NCBI GenBank assembly: GCA_964187785.1
Contig: CAXLNC010001087.1
Span: forward strand, 186,001 to 250,000
Length of the DNA: 64,000 nucleotides
From: Amphiscolops sp. MND2022
Taxonomy: Eukaryota
Reading direction: 5' to 3'
Shown: piece after piece, positions 58,978 to 64,000 of the stretch
How positions within the stretch are numbered: the stretch's first letter is position 1
How the letters are laid out: every line of letters begins with the position of its first letter
The notes under the pieces: generated by a model
What the model was told of the DNA's origin: nothing
Seen by the model: the letters and a program-made list of their open reading frames with translations, nothing else
Database searches by the model: none
Translations under genes and position numbers: made by a program

Positions 58978-61900
58978 GTGCTAACAATAAACGGCGATGA
59001 AAATGGACAATTTTCAATGAGCGGAAAAATGAATGGCAATCCTTTCAAAACAATGGTTGACTCAGGGTCACCAGTAACAATATTCGAAATTGAAGAAATT
59101 AAACGAATAATGAAAAGAAAAACTTTATTCATACGACAACTACCAGAAGACGAAGAATACGTGGACTTCAATAAACGAAAATTGAACTCACTGGGTTATG
59201 TGTTCTGCCAATTGGAAGTGGGAGACAGCAAACTGCAGAAGGCGTGAATATTGATAGCAGAAATAGGCGCAAAATCACTAATTGGAAGGGACTGGCTGAA
59301 CGCCTTCAACTACAAATTCGTCTCACCCAATCAAAACGAAGGTAAAAGAATTATTTGTAAAATAACAAGCGGAACTACACAACCAATTAAATTGGATAAA
59401 CCAAACAAAACGAATGAACCACAAAATTGGAACGACCAACAAAATGAACAAACTAAACTAAAACAACAATTTTAAGAATTATTCGAACGGCAAGGAAAAC
59501 TAAACAAACATAAAGTAAAAATAGAATTTAAACAAAACGCCAAAATAACACAACAAAAAGGTAGAAGGGTACCGATCCTACTCCAGGAGGCAGTACAAGA
59601 CGAAATCGAAAGATTATTAAATGAAGGCCACATTGAACGAGTCAGTGAAGTAACAGATAAGCAATTTATACAACCTGTGGTAATCACAGTGAAGAAAGAC
59701 AAAAGTGTGAAAAATGCTTTAGACGCGCGTGCACTGAATAATGAAATTGTGAAAGATAAATACGAAATGCCCAACCTAGAACCTTTAGTTGACTTAGTAG
59801 CAGAGCAATTAGACAACAAAGAAAACGGAAAGGCACTTTACACATCACTTGACATGCGCTACGCGTATGGACAAGTGCCGCTTGATGAAGAAACATCAAA
59901 ACACTGTAATTTTCAAATTATAGGTGGGAAAGCCACCGGCACATACAGGTTCGTAACAGGATTCTATGGCCTCACTACAATGCCCACAGAATTCCAAAAA
60001 GCCATGGACCAAGAGTTGGGAAACATCCCAAACACATACGTGTTTCTAGATGATATTTTAATCGTAAAACGGGGCTCAAAGGAAAAACACTTCGAAATAG
60101 TAAAACAAGTTCTGAAAAAGCTAGATAAATCTAATATCAGACTAAAATGGGAAAAATGTAAATTTGCGGCAGAAGAGATCAACTGGTTGGGGTATAAATT
60201 ATCTCAAACAGGAATAAAACCAATAAACTCCAAAGTTCAACCCATACCGGAAAACTGACACCGAAAAGTTTAAAAGAACTCCGATCATACCTAGGAGCAG
60301 TGAACCAACTAAATCGGTTCAAACCAAACTTGGCGCAACTTTGACATGAACTACGTCCACTACTAAAAAAGATCAACCCTGGAATTGGGGCGAAAAACAC
60401 GACAAAGCATTTAAACTAATAAATGAAAAAGTAAAACAAGTCGCAGAAGTAGGACACTTCAAAAGAAGCAGCCCAATCAGAATCAATTGCGATGCAAGCA
60501 AAGCCGGATTAGGCGCTGTACTACAACAAACAGACAAAAATAACGAAAACAATTGGAGACCAATACATTTCGCATCGAGATTTTTAACGCCGTTAGAAAG
60601 TAAATATTCTATAAACGAACTAGAATTACTCGCCATTGTATGGGCGATAGAACATTTCAAAATTATTTATACGGAACAAAATTCCAAATAATTTCAGACC
60701 ACAAAGCACTGGCGTCAATACCTGAAGGAAATAATAATAATAAAACATACTCGAGCCGACTAACACGATGGGTGGATCTTCACTCCCATTTGAATTTGAA
60801 ATAGCCCATGCACCAGGCAGAACGATGGGAATTGCCGACTACCTCTCACGCCACCCATCACCAATTGAAGGAGAAAGCGTAAAAGCAACTGAACTTTGGA
60901 ATACATGGTTCACAGTGAATCACGTAAACAACTTGAATGCCGTTTTAGTGAATGAATTAAACGAACCAATCAGAGGGCGGAGATGGCTAAAGCTGAAAAG
61001 AAGTGACGAACGAAGTAAGAGTGCACATTGGCCAATACAAGGCAAACAAACAAACGCACGTGGAAGCACGAAATACGAAAATTCAAACGCCGCCAACAAA
61101 ATGGGACAAGCTCACTCAGCAGACAATTTACCAGGTACTGAAATTCATCAAGTCCCAAACAAATTACAACCCAAACTAAAATTCGCCAATCAAATTGGAC
61201 AAAATTTACTAGCCGCAAATTACTTAGACGACGAGTTTTTACAAAAAATAATCGGAATCGTGAAAAATCCAACAAAAGGGAAAATAAAGGCTTTAGACAG
61301 CCCATGGCGTGAAAGATTTCAAGCATTATCGTTAGACGAAAACGACTTACTATATCTTGACGACCGGCTCGTAATCCCAAAAATACTGCAAGCACCAATC
61401 AAAAATTCTTTACACTGGGGACATCACGGCAGAGACGCGATGCTCCAACAGATCAGCGACATCTGGTGGCCACGCATTTACCGTGACATCACACTTTTAG
61501 CCAAAAGCTGCCCAAACTGCCAAGAAGCCGGTAAGTCGATAAAACCAATATTAAAACAAAATATCTTTGGAAAAATACCAACGCTGGAAGAAACTAACGA
61601 CGAAATTGCAATCGACTTCGCAGGACCGTTCAAAATAGCAGCAAGCTCAAAAAGATACTTAATCGTATCGATTAACAGTAAAACCGGGTGGCAAGATGCA
61701 AAGTTTCTAAGAGCACCGACAACACGAAAAGTAATCGAATTTTTACAAAAATATATAGCAGATAACGGAATTCCCATACAAATAAAGACAGACCCCGGCA
61801 CAGCTTTTACCAGCAATAAATTTAAAGAAATTCGCGAAAAATATTTCATAAACCCAGTAAATGACCACAAAGGTATTGGAAAGGTCGAAAGACTAATAAG

Positions 61901-62408
61901 GACAATGAACGAACGACTGCGAGCAAACAAAAAAATAATACTAGAAAAAGATAACACAGGATTATCAGAAATGCTCTACGCACTAATAGGTGCGAAACGA
62001 CAAAATAAACTTTGCGCCGCAGAACTACATAACAATCGGAAATTCACGACTGTAAAAGAAATTATTACTACAAAACCAAGAAATAACTACAATGTTTCAG
62101 AAAACGACAACAACTTCCAATTGGAACTGTCAGACTTTCCGGGGGAACAAGACTCGGAAATACTGGTGAGGGAACGTGCAAGAGGTACGAAGCTGGACGG
62201 ACTCTTCAAGAAGAAAAAAGGGGTGATCACAAAAGAAACAGATCACACAATCACAGTGAGCGGCAAGAAACGGCGACCAACTATATACAGCAAGCGAGAC
62301 GTAGCGATGGCAATTACAAATGAGGCGCGAACAGCACCGAACCAAGAAGCTACAACAAGCCCTACCAACCGCAGACTCACAACGAGAAAGACGAACACCA
62401 AGCACTGA
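58978..62408 (+). pseudogene. pol: Pol (PR, RT, RNase H, IN) with multiple stops and frameshifts
   Basis: MVDSGSPVT; LDMRYAYGQVPL and FLDDILI; CDASKAGLGAVL-type RNase H region; HWGHHG..CPNC, IDFAGP, TDPGTAF, KVERLIRT. Confidence 0.93.
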
Positions 62409-62890
62409 CAGCGAACCAATTAAAAACGCCGCACCAAACAAAAAGCCACAACCAGCTAAAGTGAACGAAAAGAGGAAAAAATCCAAACTCCCAAAAGAGT
62501 TCCACAGATTACAAAACTGGCAACAACTACTAGAAACAGACTCAACTGACGAAGAGGAGGAAAGGAGGCGACAAAAGGCACCAATAAAAGCCACAACAAA
62601 CTGGGAAAAACAGCCAAAAGAAGAACCGAAATCAGAAGAAGAAACGGCAAGTCAACAAGCGAGCGACCGACCAAGAAGAGAACGAAAGACCCCAAATTAC
62701 TTTGGAAACCCGGTTATGATCTGTGGAGTTGAACAAGGAAAACAACCCCCCGAAATCATCACTATCAGTTCATCAACAGATGAAAACTAAAGTAGCCACA
62801 AGAAGCAGCTAAAGGAAATAGAAAAACTTAGAAGCAACAGAAACTTACAGAGCCAAATTATTTATGTTCAATTTCATGACTGAACGTCAA

Positions 62891-62905
62891 GAAACGAAGG
62901 AGGAG
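62891..62905 (+). other. Polypurine tract
   Basis: gaaacgaaggaggag immediately before the TGTGAC start of the 3' LTR. Confidence 0.85.
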
Positions 62906-63129
62906 TGTGACAGGGCTCAATCAAAGAAGCAAAGAACAAAACACTAAATTAAAAATAACATATGAGTGACGTAAACTTTACCAACAAGTTGTACATTTTA
63001 TCTTACATATTTACAAATAATGTACTGGTTGAATTATAGAGCTTGAAGTCTGAGATCCGCTCAGTCACCATATGGTCTATACAATAAAGTATTGCTTCTC
63101 GTCTTTTCACCTGAAACATACACTTCACA
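62906..63129 (+). repeat. Complete 3' LTR (224 bp, TGTGA...TCACA)
   Basis: Terminal inverted pentamer, aataaa signal, preceded by the PPT. Confidence 0.9.
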
Positions 63130-64000
63130 ATGAAAACTGAATTATACAACAGGAAGTTACTTAATGGAAACTACCCTAAAACAAAAGGTTAGAGCATTCG
63201 GCCTTTACTGGGCGGTATCATCCTCGAACCATATTAACCCCTCCCCATTGTTAAAAATTAGGCAAGTCCTTATCCGTAGCTTAGTGGTATTGATAGTGCA
63301 ATGATCAAGTTGAACAGAGGTAAACAAGCCGGGAGCAGCCCAAGTCGGCGTCCCGGTCAAAGTTCAATAAAGGGTTCAATACTAGACAGGACACTATTTG
63401 AAAAATTTTAAAGTGACAACGCCATAACATACCCGAATCATCGAATAGCCCAGATTTTTGAAAAAAATAGTCGTAAGTTTTTCTATCGGGAAAAGTCTTA
63501 TAGTGTTGAAAAACCCAAAAGGAGACTATTAAGTTCACGAAACGCTTTTTGTTGTACCCTTTGACCAAATGGACGTTTCTTCCCAAAAAAGTGGCAAAGC
63601 GAGGGAAAACCGTAGGTCATTTCTACAGCAATGATGAAAACTCTCGAAAACCCAATAATATTTTCGATGAGTCGCATGGTGCCAAAAATTCGAAGGGAGC
63701 CCTCTTTACTCGCAAAACGCTTTCGTTCTGTCAAACACTGAAAGATGTTCCGGTGAAAAACAAATGAACAAAAGTCGTATAGTATCAAAAAAGTATAGTA
63801 CCGACCCTTTAGTCCTTTCTCTATTTTTGCAAGCAATAAAAACTTGGTTCAGTGCGTGACTCAAACTCGTTCTCCTGCTACCCAGGCCTCATAGCCACAT
63901 CCGAAAATCCACGTTACCCACTGGATCAAAGCAAAAGGCGGGCACACTTTCATATAAAGTTTATGACTCAATCAAAATTTCTTTTAAAAAAAAGACATTT

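Larger units (their letters stand above)
57117..63129 (+). mobile_element. Second Ty3/Gypsy LTR retrotransposon, defective, with its 5' region rearranged
   Basis: LTRs, PPT, and gag-PR-RT-RH-IN fragments in order. No matching TSD was seen. Confidence 0.92.

Overview
AT-rich animal genomic DNA (GT-AG introns, a Cys-loop receptor gene), almost entirely repeats and mobile elements, with three assembly gaps (7095-7491, 31643-31784, 46409-46608). I found no rRNA, tRNA or CRISPR. From left to right: (1) a decayed 5-exon gene, 3100-13047, fusing a SET methyltransferase domain, zinc fingers, a tyrosine recombinase (YR) and a Myb/SANT-like tail; a ~185-bp higher-order satellite lies in its third intron and an inverted copy of that satellite lies upstream. 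(2) A train of six elements (13206-31642), each separated by a pure (ATT)n tract. One encodes an intact ~748-aa ZnF-YR protein, one is its deletion twin, two carry relics of related proteins, and most have imperfect terminal inverted repeats and iterated subterminal motifs. This looks like microsatellite-targeted YR (Crypton-like) DNA transposons. (3) A >=14.6-kb Ty3/Gypsy element on the minus strand, with a MITE in RT, carrying an antisense 5-exon gene whose last exon resembles a full-length hAT-type transposase lacking its catalytic motifs. (4) Four exons of a cation-type Cys-loop (nAChR-like) receptor. (5) A second, decayed Gypsy whose 5' end is replaced by a duplicated host intron segment. 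All protein family calls come from motif recognition by eye, not database searches.
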